A program made the position numbers and the translations under genes. A stretch of DNA of 64,000 nt from Ruminiclostridium sp. (GTDB lineage Bacteria; Bacillota; Clostridia; Oscillospirales; Ruminococcaceae), in the NCBI GenBank assembly GCA_045591405.1, contig JAZNST010000051.1, positions 15,571-79,570 of the forward strand. Direction: 5' to 3'. Numbering within the stretch: the first letter of the stretch is position 1; each line of letters begins with the position of its first letter. The notes under the pieces were generated by a model that was not told the DNA's origin, made no database searches, and was given only the letters and a program-made list of their open reading frames with translations. Shown here piece after piece: positions 17,128-26,916 of this stretch.

Positions 17128-17161
17128 AAGTCACAGTCTGACTGTGACTTTTATTTTTTTA
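17128..17161 (+). terminator. Intrinsic terminator for the XRE regulator gene
   Basis: AAGTCACAG/CTGTGACTT 9-bp hairpin followed by TTTTATTTTTTT. It overlaps the 3' end of the convergent DUF3006 gene. Confidence 0.6.
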
Positions 17162-17360
17162 TTCTTCGCATTATCGAGAGGATTTCTTCCTTGCGTTTTT
17201 GCGTTGCTTCAACGTCAACCTCATAGCTTCCGTTTTTTTCAACAATGCAATCCCCCTCATGAGCATTTTCGGGGAGAAGCCTTCTCTCAATCACAAAACG
17301 CCGTGAATCGTCTTCTTCAACTACTGCAAAGCTATCTTCAAATCGGTCAATCACAAGCAT
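17151..17360 (-). CDS. DUF3006 domain protein
   Basis: 69 aa, MLVIDRFEDSFAVVE...LPENAHEGDCI pattern. It shows the usual partnership downstream of ComEC-type MBL genes, with a TAATG overlap. Confidence 0.7.
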   Translation of the reverse strand: MLVIDRFEDSFAVVEEDDSRRFVIERRLLPENAHEGDCIVEKNGSYEVDVEATQKRKEEILSIMRRIKK

Positions 17361-18385
17361 TACGCCGCCTCCGAATATTCTTTTTCGGTAATCACCGTTA
17401 TCCTGTTTCCGTCAGTTTCAAAAATTATATTTCCAAAAAGGTCGGTTCTATAAACGGAAACTCCAAGGTTAAAAAGTCGCTTGAGGGTATCGGGATGAGG
17501 ATGGTTATAATCGTTCGGCGATCCTACCTCAATTACGGCGTACTGAGCGTTTACACGCTTGAGGAAGCTCTTTTTGCTTGAGGTACTGCTTCCGTGATGG
17601 GCGATTTTGATTACGTCAGCGTTGATCATAGCGCCTGAATCGAGAATATCCTCTTCGGCTTCTTTTTCAATATCGCCTGTGAATAAGAATCTGTTATTTC
17701 CGTTTATGAAGCGAGTTACTATTGAATAGTTGTTAAGGTCGTCATATTCTCCGACAGGAGAAAGAATCTCAAGTCTTCCTTTTCCAAGCTCAAGCTCCAT
17801 TCCCTTTTTTGCATAGACTATCTTCACGCCGTTATTTTCTATCGACTTCATAAGGCGAAGATAAGTGCTTGTTGACGGGATTAGCTCGTCGGGGATTTCA
17901 GGCATTATCAAAGTCCCTACGTCAAACGTATCTATAATGTAGCTCATTGCACCCGCGTGGTCAGAATGAGGATGGGTTACGATTATGTAATCGAGCTTAT
18001 GAACTCCCTGTGCTCTGAGGTAATTTATAACGCTTGAATAATACTCCTTCTCGCCGCTATCAATCAGCACGTTATAACCACAGGAGCGAATAAGCTCGCA
18101 ATCGCCTTGCCCTACATCAATAAAATGCACAGATACTTCAGACGAGGAAACAACCGTGTTGTCAAGCCCGACGCTCTTATAAAGAGATTTCCACGTCGGA
18201 AGCCAGCTCACCTTGTAAAGATTACCGTTAAGTGAAATTGCAACAACAAGAACGGAGAACACAATTAAAAGACAAATCAGAGTTATTTTCTTTGAGCGTG
18301 AGTTATTTTCAGAAGCAATCTGCTTCATTTTTTTGGAGTTTCGTCTTCTGTATTTTTCAAGGTCGTTCAAGCGGTAACCTCTCAT
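17360..18385 (-). CDS. Membrane-anchored MBL-fold metallo-hydrolase (ComEC C-terminal-domain-like)
   Basis: One N-terminal TM segment, HFIDVGQGDC and THPHSDHAGA motifs. Confidence 0.8.
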   Translation of the reverse strand: MRGYRLNDLEKYRRRNSKKMKQIASENNSRSKKITLICLLIVFSVLVVAISLNGNLYKVSWLPTWKSLYKSVGLDNTVVSSSEVSVHFIDVGQGDCELIRSCGYNVLIDSGEKEYYSSVINYLRAQGVHKLDYIIVTHPHSDHAGAMSYIIDTFDVGTLIMPEIPDELIPSTSTYLRLMKSIENNGVKIVYAKKGMELELGKGRLEILSPVGEYDDLNNYSIVTRFINGNNRFLFTGDIEKEAEEDILDSGAMINADVIKIAHHGSSTSSKKSFLKRVNAQYAVIEVGSPNDYNHPHPDTLKRLFNLGVSVYRTDLFGNIIFETDGNRITVITEKEYSEAA

Positions 18386-18399
18386 AGCGTCCTCCTAAT

Positions 18400-21087
18400 T
18401 CAGTCGTGCTTATTAAGCCCTCTTTCGTACCATTCTTCCTTTGTAATAAGTATCTGTCTTGGCTTTGTGCCTTCAGACGGCCCAACAATACCCATACTTT
18501 CCATTATATCGATGAGCTTTGCTCCTCTGCCGTAGCCGATTGAAAGTCTTCGCTGAAGATTTGATACGCTTGCAACGCCTGCGCTGAGCACAACCTCAAT
18601 CGCTTCTTCAAGCTTATCGTCGTTTATATCAAGATCGCCCGAAATATCAATATCAGACTTACCGTCGTTTCCGACTCTTTCTGCTTGTTTTTCGATTTCG
18701 GCAATAACGTCTTCGTCGTATTCGGAAACAAACGCTTTCTTGATAAATTCGGTTACTCTTTCAACCTCCTGGTCAGAAACCCAACAACCCTGAACACGCA
18801 TAGGCTTTGGCATTGCAACCGACTTATAAAGCATATCGCCGCTTCCGAGGAGCTTTTCTGCTCCGGCTGTATCCATAATGGTACGGCTGTCTACCTGAGA
18901 CGCTACCTTGAGCGCAATTCTTGACGGAATATTTGATTTGATAAGACCTGTGATTACGTCAACAGACGGTCTTTGTGTTGCAACAACGAGATGAATACCC
19001 GCCGCACGCGCCTTTTGTGCAAGGCGGCAGATGCTCGCTTCTACTTCGTTTTTGGACGCCATCATAAGATCGGCAAGCTCGTCGATAAAGATTACAAGCT
19101 GAGGCATCGTCTGAAGCTCAGGATTATTCTTTGCAAGCTTGTTGTACGAATGAATATCTCTTACGTTGTTTTCACCAAGGAGCTTATATCGCTTTTCCAT
19201 CTCGTTTACCGCCCACGCAAGCGCACCGGCGGCTTTTTTGGGATCAGTTACGACAGGAACGTAAAGGTGAGGGATTCCGTTATAAATCATAAATTCTACT
19301 GCCTTAGGGTCAATCATAATAAATCTGACCTCTTCGGGAGTGGAACGGAAAAGTATGCTCATTATAATTGAGTTTACACATACCGATTTACCTGCCCCTG
19401 TTGTACCCGCAATAAGAATATGCGGCATTTTTGCAATATCGCAGATAACCGTTTCGCCTGAAATGTTTTTGCCGAGTGCGGCGCCGAGTCTGCTTGTTGT
19501 TTCTCTGAAGGTGTCGTTATCAAGCATTTCTCTTATAGGAACAGCTTCCTTTTCCTTGTTCGGAACTTCGATTCCCACAGCCGCCTTATTTGGGATCGGC
19601 GCTTCGATTCTGACTCCCGCTGTTGCAAGATTCAGCGCAATATCATCAACAAGATTTGTTATTTTTGAGATTTTTACGCCCGGTGCAGGCTGAAGCTCGT
19701 ATCTTGTAACAGACGGGCCTCTGACTGCCTCAAGGAACTTCGTTTCAACGCCAAAGCTCTTGAGTGCGTTTACGAGAATAGTTGAATTATTCTGAATTTC
19801 AGAGTCAATAATTGCCTGCTGATTTTCGCTCTTTATTATGTCGTTGAGCAAGGTGTACGGAGGAAGATTATAACCGTTCGCTTCCTCTGTGACCTGTTCT
19901 ATCATCTGCTGTCCGTCGCTCGCTTCGCTAATAACAGTATCAACAACAAGCTCTGTGGGCTTGTCCTTTGACGCAAGCTCGTTCTGATACTCTGCGATTG
20001 CCGCCTCAAAGCCTTGAACGGCGTCGTCAACCGGCTGAGGAAGCTCTTCTGCAACAATCTGAGGAGTCTCTTGTTCTACCTGTTCTTCTTTTTCTTCGAT
20101 ATGAACACTATCGGTAGTAAGCTGTTCGGCAGTTGCCTCAGGGTTAGCTATATTCGCAACAAGCTCACGGAAGCTCTTGTTTTCTTCTTCCTGGTCCTTA
20201 ACCATTTCTGCGGTTTCATAATGGTTATCGGGGACGATTTTTTCCTTTTCTTCTTTAGGAGGAACAACTTCCTTAACGCTGTTACCCATTGCTTCGATAC
20301 TGCTGATTTTCTTTGCTCGCTTTTCTTCTTCGGAAAGCTCCTTCATAATGCGCTTTTGTTCAGCTCGTTCAGCTTCAAGACGCTCGTTTTCTTCTTTAAC
20401 GTAAACGCTTTCCTGTGCGTATTCTTCACGCTTTCTTTTAAGATAACGGTGAAGCGCTACAAACGGTTTTGCGATTCCTCTGAAAAGCTGAATAAGCGTA
20501 ATATTCGCTATAAGCATAAAGATAACGAAAATAATGAGGATTATGATTATACTTGCGCCGACTCTACCGAGAAGCAACAGCGGAAAGCTTATAAGAATAC
20601 TGCTAACACCGCCACCCTTATAATTTATTCCGTCTTGATACATACCGCCGATAACTTGTCCGAAGTTTTCTGCGTTTTCAGGGCCTACCGTTCCGACAAA
20701 GAGAATCTGAATTGCCGCACTGAATAAAAATAAGAACAATACAAGCTGAAAAACCTTTGCAGAAATAGTAGATTTGCCCTTATTCATCGAAATCATAACT
20801 GCGGCGTAGATGAAAATCGGTCCTACAAAGAAAACGGCAAGACCAAAGACTCCGCAAAAGAAGCTATGTATATGATCCCACAGATTCATCTGCTCAGCGT
20901 GGGAATTTCCGATGATTGCAAACAGGAACATAAGAATGCCTATTGCAAAAAGCATAACTGACCAGAAGTTGCGCCTTTTTTTATCGTGAGCGAGCGCCGC
21001 TTCCCTCTTTGACGCTGTTGAAGCGGCGGAAGGCGCCTTTTTTGTAGTAGCGGCAGGTTTTGACGCCGTCTTTTTTGTTGTTGCCAT
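18400..21087 (-). CDS. ftsK: DNA translocase FtsK/SpoIIIE
   Basis: 895 aa with N-terminal TM helices, an acidic linker, Walker A GTTGAGKSV and a C-terminal gamma domain. Located next to ylzJ-tepA, as spoIIIE is in B. subtilis. Confidence 0.95.
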   Translation of the reverse strand: MATTKKTASKPAATTKKAPSAASTASKREAALAHDKKRRNFWSVMLFAIGILMFLFAIIGNSHAEQMNLWDHIHSFFCGVFGLAVFFVGPIFIYAAVMISMNKGKSTISAKVFQLVLFLFLFSAAIQILFVGTVGPENAENFGQVIGGMYQDGINYKGGGVSSILISFPLLLLGRVGASIIIILIIFVIFMLIANITLIQLFRGIAKPFVALHRYLKRKREEYAQESVYVKEENERLEAERAEQKRIMKELSEEEKRAKKISSIEAMGNSVKEVVPPKEEKEKIVPDNHYETAEMVKDQEEENKSFRELVANIANPEATAEQLTTDSVHIEEKEEQVEQETPQIVAEELPQPVDDAVQGFEAAIAEYQNELASKDKPTELVVDTVISEASDGQQMIEQVTEEANGYNLPPYTLLNDIIKSENQQAIIDSEIQNNSTILVNALKSFGVETKFLEAVRGPSVTRYELQPAPGVKISKITNLVDDIALNLATAGVRIEAPIPNKAAVGIEVPNKEKEAVPIREMLDNDTFRETTSRLGAALGKNISGETVICDIAKMPHILIAGTTGAGKSVCVNSIIMSILFRSTPEEVRFIMIDPKAVEFMIYNGIPHLYVPVVTDPKKAAGALAWAVNEMEKRYKLLGENNVRDIHSYNKLAKNNPELQTMPQLVIFIDELADLMMASKNEVEASICRLAQKARAAGIHLVVATQRPSVDVITGLIKSNIPSRIALKVASQVDSRTIMDTAGAEKLLGSGDMLYKSVAMPKPMRVQGCWVSDQEVERVTEFIKKAFVSEYDEDVIAEIEKQAERVGNDGKSDIDISGDLDINDDKLEEAIEVVLSAGVASVSNLQRRLSIGYGRGAKLIDIMESMGIVGPSEGTKPRQILITKEEWYERGLNKHD

Positions 21088-21105
21088 TATGAGTTGCCTC
21101 CGATA

Positions 21106-21969
21106 TTAAAATTGAAATGTGAAGTGATTTCCAGTTATGTTTTCATAAATGCCAAGACAAATGCAGATAAATCCGATTGAAACGGTATAAATAGCAAAAA
21201 TCTTGAACTTATCCTTTTTGGCGATAAGTCGCACCAGCTTTATTGACAGGAGTCCGACAACAGCTGAAATTACGAAGCCCACTGCAAGAACAGGGATATT
21301 GAACTCAACCCCCTGCTCGACTGCGTCCTTGATTTCAAGAACCGAGCCGCCGAGTATTGCGGGAATACCAAGAATAAACGAGAATGTAACGGCTGTATCT
21401 TTTGTAAAGCCGCTGAGTAATCCGCCCGTAATTGTTGAACCAGAACGAGAAACGCCGGGAAAAAGCGCCACAACCTGAAACAATCCCACAACAACCGCAT
21501 CCTTTACGGTAATCGCTCGCCCCGTTTTGAAGCCCTTAACACAAGCGTCTGAAAGAAACAGGAAAATTGCGGTTACAATAAACGCACAGCCTTCAAAAAT
21601 TATGTCTGCGTCGCCTTCCATTGAAGTAAAAAACTCCTTAAAGAAATAAACGGGCACGAGTATCAGCGTTGCGATAAGCACCATTATAAGCATTCGTCTG
21701 TCGTCGTTCATATTTTTCCACGAGAATTGTCCTGTGAAAATATCTCTTATTGTAAGGAAAAATTCCTTAATCATTCCCCAGATTGTCTTGCGAAATGCAA
21801 CGAAAACCGCTACCAGCGTTCCGAGATGAAGCACAATAGAAATCAGAAGCGACATTTCTTCTACGTTCATAAAGTGCTGAACAACTGATAAATGACCTGA
21901 GCTTGACACAGGTAAAAACTCTGTGAGTCCTTGGATTATTGCCTGAATTGCAATCTGTATGTATTCCAT
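21106..21969 (-). CDS. uppP: Undecaprenyl-diphosphatase
   Basis: LTEFLPVSSSGHL and PGVSRSG motifs. ATG 21969 is preceded by AAGGAG. The track start TTG 21999 would overlap ylzJ. Confidence 0.9.
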   Translation of the reverse strand: MEYIQIAIQAIIQGLTEFLPVSSSGHLSVVQHFMNVEEMSLLISIVLHLGTLVAVFVAFRKTIWGMIKEFFLTIRDIFTGQFSWKNMNDDRRMLIMVLIATLILVPVYFFKEFFTSMEGDADIIFEGCAFIVTAIFLFLSDACVKGFKTGRAITVKDAVVVGLFQVVALFPGVSRSGSTITGGLLSGFTKDTAVTFSFILGIPAILGGSVLEIKDAVEQGVEFNIPVLAVGFVISAVVGLLSIKLVRLIAKKDKFKIFAIYTVSIGFICICLGIYENITGNHFTFQF

Positions 21970-21995
21970 AGCTTCTCCTTTATGTAGCCCCGCTT

Positions 21996-22184
21996 TCAAG
22001 GGGCGTAATCGTCAATATTTTTAAGGTAGACCGAGGGATTTGTCGAAAATAAGCTCCAAGGAACAAATTTTCCGTTTTGCTTCATATATGTCATAATCCC
22101 GTCTTCAACGCGTACTTGTTTTGTTTCTATTTTCTCGTTTGGAGAAAAAATATCCTGATCGCTTACTATTGAATGAATTGGCAT
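21996..22184 (-). CDS. YlzJ-like protein
   Basis: 62 aa immediately downstream of tepA (1-nt overlap). STNPSVYL resembles the YlzJ C-terminal region. Synteny tepA-ylzJ-spoIIIE. Confidence 0.5.
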   Translation of the reverse strand: MPIHSIVSDQDIFSPNEKIETKQVRVEDGIMTYMKQNGKFVPWSLFSTNPSVYLKNIDDYAP

Positions 22185-23089
22185 TAGCTTTCACCTCCGT
22201 TATCCGAAGGACTGAAAACTCCGTTCTGATACAGCGAATCGCTCACACAGATACGGTCTGCAACAGAGGCACTCGCCGCTTTTTTCGTTCTTTTTGCCAA
22301 AGCCGTCTGTGGCTGTTTTTTATTTTTCACAGCTGTTGACTTCTTTTTGGTAGTCTTTTTGTCTGAAGGCTCCTTTTGCTCGCTTTCTATTAGCTCATAA
22401 AGCGATAAAACCGCCTCGGAAAGACCGCCAAGACTATCAATAAGCCCTTCTCTGACAGCCGTTTCACCGTCGAGAACCGAGCCTACGTCCATCACCAGCT
22501 CATCCTTTTTCATCATAAGCTCCTTAAAGCGTGAAGGTGAAATATTACTGTTTCTGGTGACGAAATTTATGATTCTGTCCTGCATTTTGTCAAAATAAGA
22601 AAGAGTCTGAGGTATTCCGAGAACCAGCCCATTCATTCTTACGGGGTGGATCGTCATCGTAGCAGAAGGAACTATAAAGCTTCTTTTTGCGCTCACTGCA
22701 AGAGGCACGCCGATAGAGTGACCTCCGCCTACGACGATTGAAACGGTCGGCTTTTTCATACCTGCGATAAGCTCAGCTATTGCAAGACCCGCCTCCACAT
22801 CGCCGCCGACGGTGTTGAGGATTATCAGTAAGCCTTCAATGTCAGTGTCTTGTTCGATTGCAACGAGAGCAGGAATTATATGCTCGTATTTTGTCGTTTT
22901 GTTTTGTGGCGGCAAAATGTAGTGCCCTTCAATCTGACCTATTACCGTCAGGCAATGAATCGAATGCTTGGCGTTGGTTGCAACAATTCCCGAATCAAAC
23001 AGCTGACTTGTATGCTGTTGAATAACCTCTTCGCTTTCTTCAGCTTCTTCGGAGCATTTTAAGCTCTTGTTTTCAATGCTTTTTTTCAT
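22184..23089 (-). CDS. tepA: ClpP-class peptidase TepA (translocation-enhancing/sporulation protease) with Lys-rich C-terminal tail
   Basis: IHCLTVIGQIEGH...PPQNKTTKYEH...LNTVGGDVEAGLAIAE is nearly identical in pattern to B. subtilis TepA. ATG 23089 has GGAAAGGA upstream. Confidence 0.85.
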   Translation of the reverse strand: MKKSIENKSLKCSEEAEESEEVIQQHTSQLFDSGIVATNAKHSIHCLTVIGQIEGHYILPPQNKTTKYEHIIPALVAIEQDTDIEGLLIILNTVGGDVEAGLAIAELIAGMKKPTVSIVVGGGHSIGVPLAVSAKRSFIVPSATMTIHPVRMNGLVLGIPQTLSYFDKMQDRIINFVTRNSNISPSRFKELMMKKDELVMDVGSVLDGETAVREGLIDSLGGLSEAVLSLYELIESEQKEPSDKKTTKKKSTAVKNKKQPQTALAKRTKKAASASVADRICVSDSLYQNGVFSPSDNGGES

Positions 23090-23190
23090 CTGCGTTTTCC
23101 TTTCCGTCTTTTTTTCTAGTATTTGATTGGAAAACACAAATATACAATTATATTATACCAAAACCTGCCCGAAAAGTAAATAATTTTATG

Positions 23191-23219
23191 TTGAAAAGTT
23201 TTATTTTTTGTGCTATAAT
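23191..23219 (+). promoter_or_regulatory. SigmaA-type promoter with extended -10
   Basis: TTGAAA (23191-23196), 17 nt, TGC-TATAAT (23211-23219). Confidence 0.5.
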
Positions 23220-23285
23220 GTTCATAACAATGAGAGAGGAAGTGAGAATATAAAAGTTTCAATCATTGATAACAGTCTTGTAAAT

Positions 23286-24191
23286 ATGGGAAGATCGACG
23301 ACTGCAAACGAAGAAATATTCAAGGATTACGTCATTTCTCTTTTCAGATGCGGAGTTGATTATATCGAAATTGACGGTCGCTTTGCTGATCTTACAAAAA
23401 CTATTGACACCTCACGCCACTTTATTTTTAACGTCCAGTTCCCCACAGACGTTTCTTACATAAACGAAAAAGCTTTTTCCTATGCGGTTTTACCGTTGAA
23501 TCTTCTTTTTATTGCTCCTGCAATAAGAAACACAAGAATAATAGTTGAGCTTAATACTGACAGAATTCCTGTTGAAGAGCTTATAGACCGTCTTTATGAT
23601 AATTATGCGCTTAAATACGCTTCTATGCTGAGAATAACAGGAAGCTTTTCCGATAAGCTCGACGAGCTTAAAAGGTTTATTTATGAGTTTCGTCATAAGT
23701 TTGCCGTTCCTATTGATATTTGTCCGCTTGATACAAATCTCGACGGTCTTGACGCCGCTTTTTGTGCTTATATGAACGGTTCTGACGCTTTGACGCTTTC
23801 CTTTGGCGAAACAAACTGTTATACGTCGCTCGAAAAATTCCTGATATATCTTCATGTCTATTACAGAAAGATAATCTCAAACGAATACGTGAAGGGGCTG
23901 TGTGCCGCGGCGCTTGATTGCAGCGTTTTGTCAAGTCGTTTTGAGCGAGGAGTAAAAAATCTGAGCGAGGTTGTTATTGCTCAGTCGGACAGAGTTATGA
24001 ATATTGACTTCCCTCAGAAATCTTCGACGGTACGAACAAAAAAAGGAACAAAGAGAGATGGCTCGTCGGTGAATATTTCCAACGAGCTCAGAACTGAGCT
24101 TCTTAGCGTAATTTCCGACAGTAAGCTAGACCTCGTAAACGACGAGGAAGCAAAAAAATTCCAGAAGAAAATTGAAAAAATCCTGTCATAA
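23286..24191 (+). CDS. Hypothetical protein; start uncertain, the frame is open from 23208
   Basis: Long ORF followed by a terminator. The track start TTG 23208 lies under the predicted -10 box. ATG 23286 is the first canonical in-frame start after the predicted TSS. An SD (GAGAGAGGAAG, 23231-23241) instead faces an in-frame ATA at 23250. The motif IIDNSLVNMGRS...VDYIEID faintly recalls DRE-TIM/HMGL-like barrels. Confidence 0.45.
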   Translation: MGRSTTANEEIFKDYVISLFRCGVDYIEIDGRFADLTKTIDTSRHFIFNVQFPTDVSYINEKAFSYAVLPLNLLFIAPAIRNTRIIVELNTDRIPVEELIDRLYDNYALKYASMLRITGSFSDKLDELKRFIYEFRHKFAVPIDICPLDTNLDGLDAAFCAYMNGSDALTLSFGETNCYTSLEKFLIYLHVYYRKIISNEYVKGLCAAALDCSVLSSRFERGVKNLSEVVIAQSDRVMNIDFPQKSSTVRTKKGTKRDGSSVNISNELRTELLSVISDSKLDLVNDEEAKKFQKKIEKILS

Positions 24192-24194
24192 ATT

Positions 24195-24229
24195 AAAGCC
24201 TCCGAAATAAACGGAGGCTTTTCTTTTTG
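24195..24229 (+). terminator. Intrinsic terminator
   Basis: AAAGCCTCCG/CGGAGGCTTT hairpin followed by TCTTTTTG. Confidence 0.7.
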
Positions 24230-24255
24230 TGTCTTATTCAGATGTTTTTATTCTT

Positions 24256-25239
24256 TTAGTTCTCCTCTGTTCCGCCATAGGCTACTCTGATTATATCGTC
24301 GATGTTTGCTTCTTCAAGTCTTACGTCCTTGATTTTTGCCTTCTTGCCGATATCTTCGATAAGCTTTGCGGCAGTAACGTCGCTCTTCATAAAACGATAA
24401 ATCGTCCTTGCACCCTCGGTTTTTACTATTTCTGCATTGGGATGAGTTATATTCTGCTCGGAATAAAAATCAATAACAAGGTGACGGTAAGGCGCAATTC
24501 TGTCTATAAGCTCGTCAAGAGAGCCGTCCTCAATAACAATTCCCTTGTTGATTATAATGATTCTTTTGCAAAGCTCCTGAATATCGCCAAGGTCGTGAGT
24601 GGTAAGGATAATTGTGGTTTTTCTTGTCTCGTTTATTTGCTTGATGAATTTTCTGATTGCGTGCTTTGCGTCAATGTCAAGACCGATCGTCGGCTCGTCA
24701 AGGAACAAAATATCGGGCGAATGAAGCATCGCGGCGGCAAGGTCGCCCCTCATTCGCTGTCCCAACGAAAGCTGACGCACGGGCGTATCAATAAAGCTCT
24801 TCAAGTCAAGAATTTCGTCCATCATTGCCATATTTTCTTCGTAAATTTCATCAGGAACATCATAAATACGCTTGAGAAGCTCAAAGCTTTCGCCAAGCCT
24901 CAGATCCCAATAAAGCTGCGTTCTTTGACCGAAAACGACGCCAAGATGCTTTACTACCGCTTTTCTGTCATCAATAGGAGATATTCCGTTTATAAGTATC
25001 TCTCCTGAAGTGGGACGAAGAATTCCCGACATCATTTTTACCGTAGTGCTTTTTCCTGCACCGTTGGGACCTATGTAACCGACGATTTCGCCCTGTTCAA
25101 TTGAAAAGCTTACGTTATCAACTGCAGTGACTATTTTTCTTTCGGGCTTGAAAAGACTTTTTACAGCGCCCTTTAAGCCTTTTTGCTTTTTTACTGTCTT
25201 AAATCTTTTGCTTAAATTTTTAACTTCTATAACAGCCAT
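24256..25239 (-). CDS. ABC transporter ATP-binding protein (ABC-2 type system)
   Basis: GPNGAGKST, LSLGQRMR and LFLDEPT motifs, 327 aa. Confidence 0.9.
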   Translation of the reverse strand: MAVIEVKNLSKRFKTVKKQKGLKGAVKSLFKPERKIVTAVDNVSFSIEQGEIVGYIGPNGAGKSTTVKMMSGILRPTSGEILINGISPIDDRKAVVKHLGVVFGQRTQLYWDLRLGESFELLKRIYDVPDEIYEENMAMMDEILDLKSFIDTPVRQLSLGQRMRGDLAAAMLHSPDILFLDEPTIGLDIDAKHAIRKFIKQINETRKTTIILTTHDLGDIQELCKRIIIINKGIVIEDGSLDELIDRIAPYRHLVIDFYSEQNITHPNAEIVKTEGARTIYRFMKSDVTAAKLIEDIGKKAKIKDVRLEEANIDDIIRVAYGGTEEN

Positions 25240-25260
25240 TCAGCAACATCCTTTCTCTGA

Positions 25261-26073
25261 TTATGAACCTGCGCTTTCGTACTGTGCAAAGCCTGCTTTG
25301 AATATTTTGCACGCAATCGTGAACAGCACAATGCCAAGTCCAAGCGTTATAAACGACATACCAAACGGCAAGGTAAGCATAGAATCCTTTCCCATAAATT
25401 CCGACGCAGGATAAAACGCTACCCAGCTCATAGGCATAATGAATGTAAATACGAACTGTACCCCTCTTGGATAAATTGAAAGCGGATACATATTTGTGCG
25501 GTTGAACATTTCCTGGAAAAAACCTGATATATGAAGCGGACTTTTTGTCCAGAAGGTAGTTGAGCCGAACGAAAGATAAATTGCACCTCGAAGAAGCGTT
25601 CCGCCGATTATTGCACTTATCATACAAACAGTATTTGCAAACGTCCACTGAAATTCAACTGAAATACAGCCGTAAACGAACAGAATTATTCCGGGAATAA
25701 GGTCGGTTATGCCGTAGAAATTCAAGTCAGCCGCAAGATACTGAAACAGAGTATTCATCGGTCTTAGTCTCATTCTGTCAAGCTCACCGTGAATAATATG
25801 CCAACCCATAAACCAAGTTTTTGTGAAGAAAATTACAGATAAGCCGTGAGTGAGCACCGCCATTCCGTAAAGAAACGCAAGCTCCTTAAAATTCCAGTCA
25901 GCAAGTGTTTCAAACTCCTCAACGACAAATCTGATAGTAGAAAACCCAACAAGAAATTGTATCGGGTTTGATATAAGCCAGCCAACAAATGCGGCGGGAT
26001 ATTCCATACAGGTCTGAAACGACAATCTGAAGGAAAGAGCCGCGACTGACATATAATGCTTAAATTTTTTCAT
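25261..26073 (-). CDS. ABC-2 family transporter permease
   Basis: Polytopic membrane protein. ATG 26073 has GGGAGG upstream and lies 4 nt after the upstream permease stop. Confidence 0.8.
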   Translation of the reverse strand: MKKFKHYMSVAALSFRLSFQTCMEYPAAFVGWLISNPIQFLVGFSTIRFVVEEFETLADWNFKELAFLYGMAVLTHGLSVIFFTKTWFMGWHIIHGELDRMRLRPMNTLFQYLAADLNFYGITDLIPGIILFVYGCISVEFQWTFANTVCMISAIIGGTLLRGAIYLSFGSTTFWTKSPLHISGFFQEMFNRTNMYPLSIYPRGVQFVFTFIMPMSWVAFYPASEFMGKDSMLTLPFGMSFITLGLGIVLFTIACKIFKAGFAQYESAGS

Positions 26074-26077
26074 TAAA

Positions 26078-26875
26078 TCAGCCTCCCTGAACCAATACAC
26101 GACGTGTTGCCCGTTTTTGTGCAAAGGCAAATATCAATGCGAGTCCGACAAGCCACGCCGCCTGGATACCAAGCTTTACAAGACATTCTTCAAGGGCGTA
26201 TTTTCCGATATAAATACTCAGTGGCTCCTGATACATATATACGAACGGCAAAAAGTACAATCCGTTTCTGAGCCACTCAGGGAAAAACCAAAGTGGAATC
26301 AGCGAGCCTGAAAGCATATTTACAAAATGATATTTTATCGAAAATACAGGGCCAAGGTCTATGGCTGTAAATGAAATCATAGAAAATACAGCCGAAAATA
26401 ACCAGTTAATCCCATACCCAAGCACAAAGCTCAGGAAGAATAGCAGGAAGTGTATGCCCGACGCAGGAACGGGAAGTCCGAATATCAGTACAGCGACAAT
26501 AAACATAGGAATGGTACTGAATATAAAATTGAACACAATATTTCCCATATCCCCTGCAAAGTACATTGAAAAAATGTTGACAGGCTTTATCATATCGGTT
26601 GCAATACTGCCCGATTTTACCGCTTCTGTTACTCTGTCTTCAACGCCCATATAGTAGAGCGAGCTCATAAGCATAGAAATCACGGTATAAGTTATCATCA
26701 TATCGCCCGTAACTCCGTGAGATGCCTCTGTTCCTCCGTATACAGCCTGCCAGAAAAAGCCTACGGCGACCATCATAAGGCATTGGAACAGCATAAAGGT
26801 CCACGTATCGACACGATACGCCATCATTGTCTGTATGCTCATTTTTGCAACATATCTGTATGCTTTGAAATTCAT
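26078..26875 (-). CDS. ABC-2 family transporter permease
   Basis: 265-aa polytopic membrane protein, first of two permease genes upstream of the ATPase. Confidence 0.8.
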   Translation of the reverse strand: MNFKAYRYVAKMSIQTMMAYRVDTWTFMLFQCLMMVAVGFFWQAVYGGTEASHGVTGDMMITYTVISMLMSSLYYMGVEDRVTEAVKSGSIATDMIKPVNIFSMYFAGDMGNIVFNFIFSTIPMFIVAVLIFGLPVPASGIHFLLFFLSFVLGYGINWLFSAVFSMISFTAIDLGPVFSIKYHFVNMLSGSLIPLWFFPEWLRNGLYFLPFVYMYQEPLSIYIGKYALEECLVKLGIQAAWLVGLALIFAFAQKRATRRVLVQGG

Positions 26876-26916
26876 GTTATCACCTTCTTGTGATTTCTCG
26901 GTTTAATTGTTTTATA

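Noticed and set aside
17048-17581. 177-aa plus-strand ORF downstream of the XRE regulator. The same applies to other long antisense ORFs such as 20014..20727, 55885..56496, 51649..52125, 25220..25648, 11409..12035 and 10697..11029.
   Set aside because: All lie antisense to or overlap well-supported genes (MBL/DUF3006, ftsK, murD, tmcAL, ABC-2 permease, aroF/aroB). They have low-complexity or Cys/Arg/Phe-rich translations and no SD. They are shadow ORFs.
23208-23285. TTG 23208 as the start of the 327-aa ORF.
   Set aside because: It overlaps the predicted -10 element (23214-23219) of the only plausible promoter and has no SD. The true start is unresolved (see the finding).
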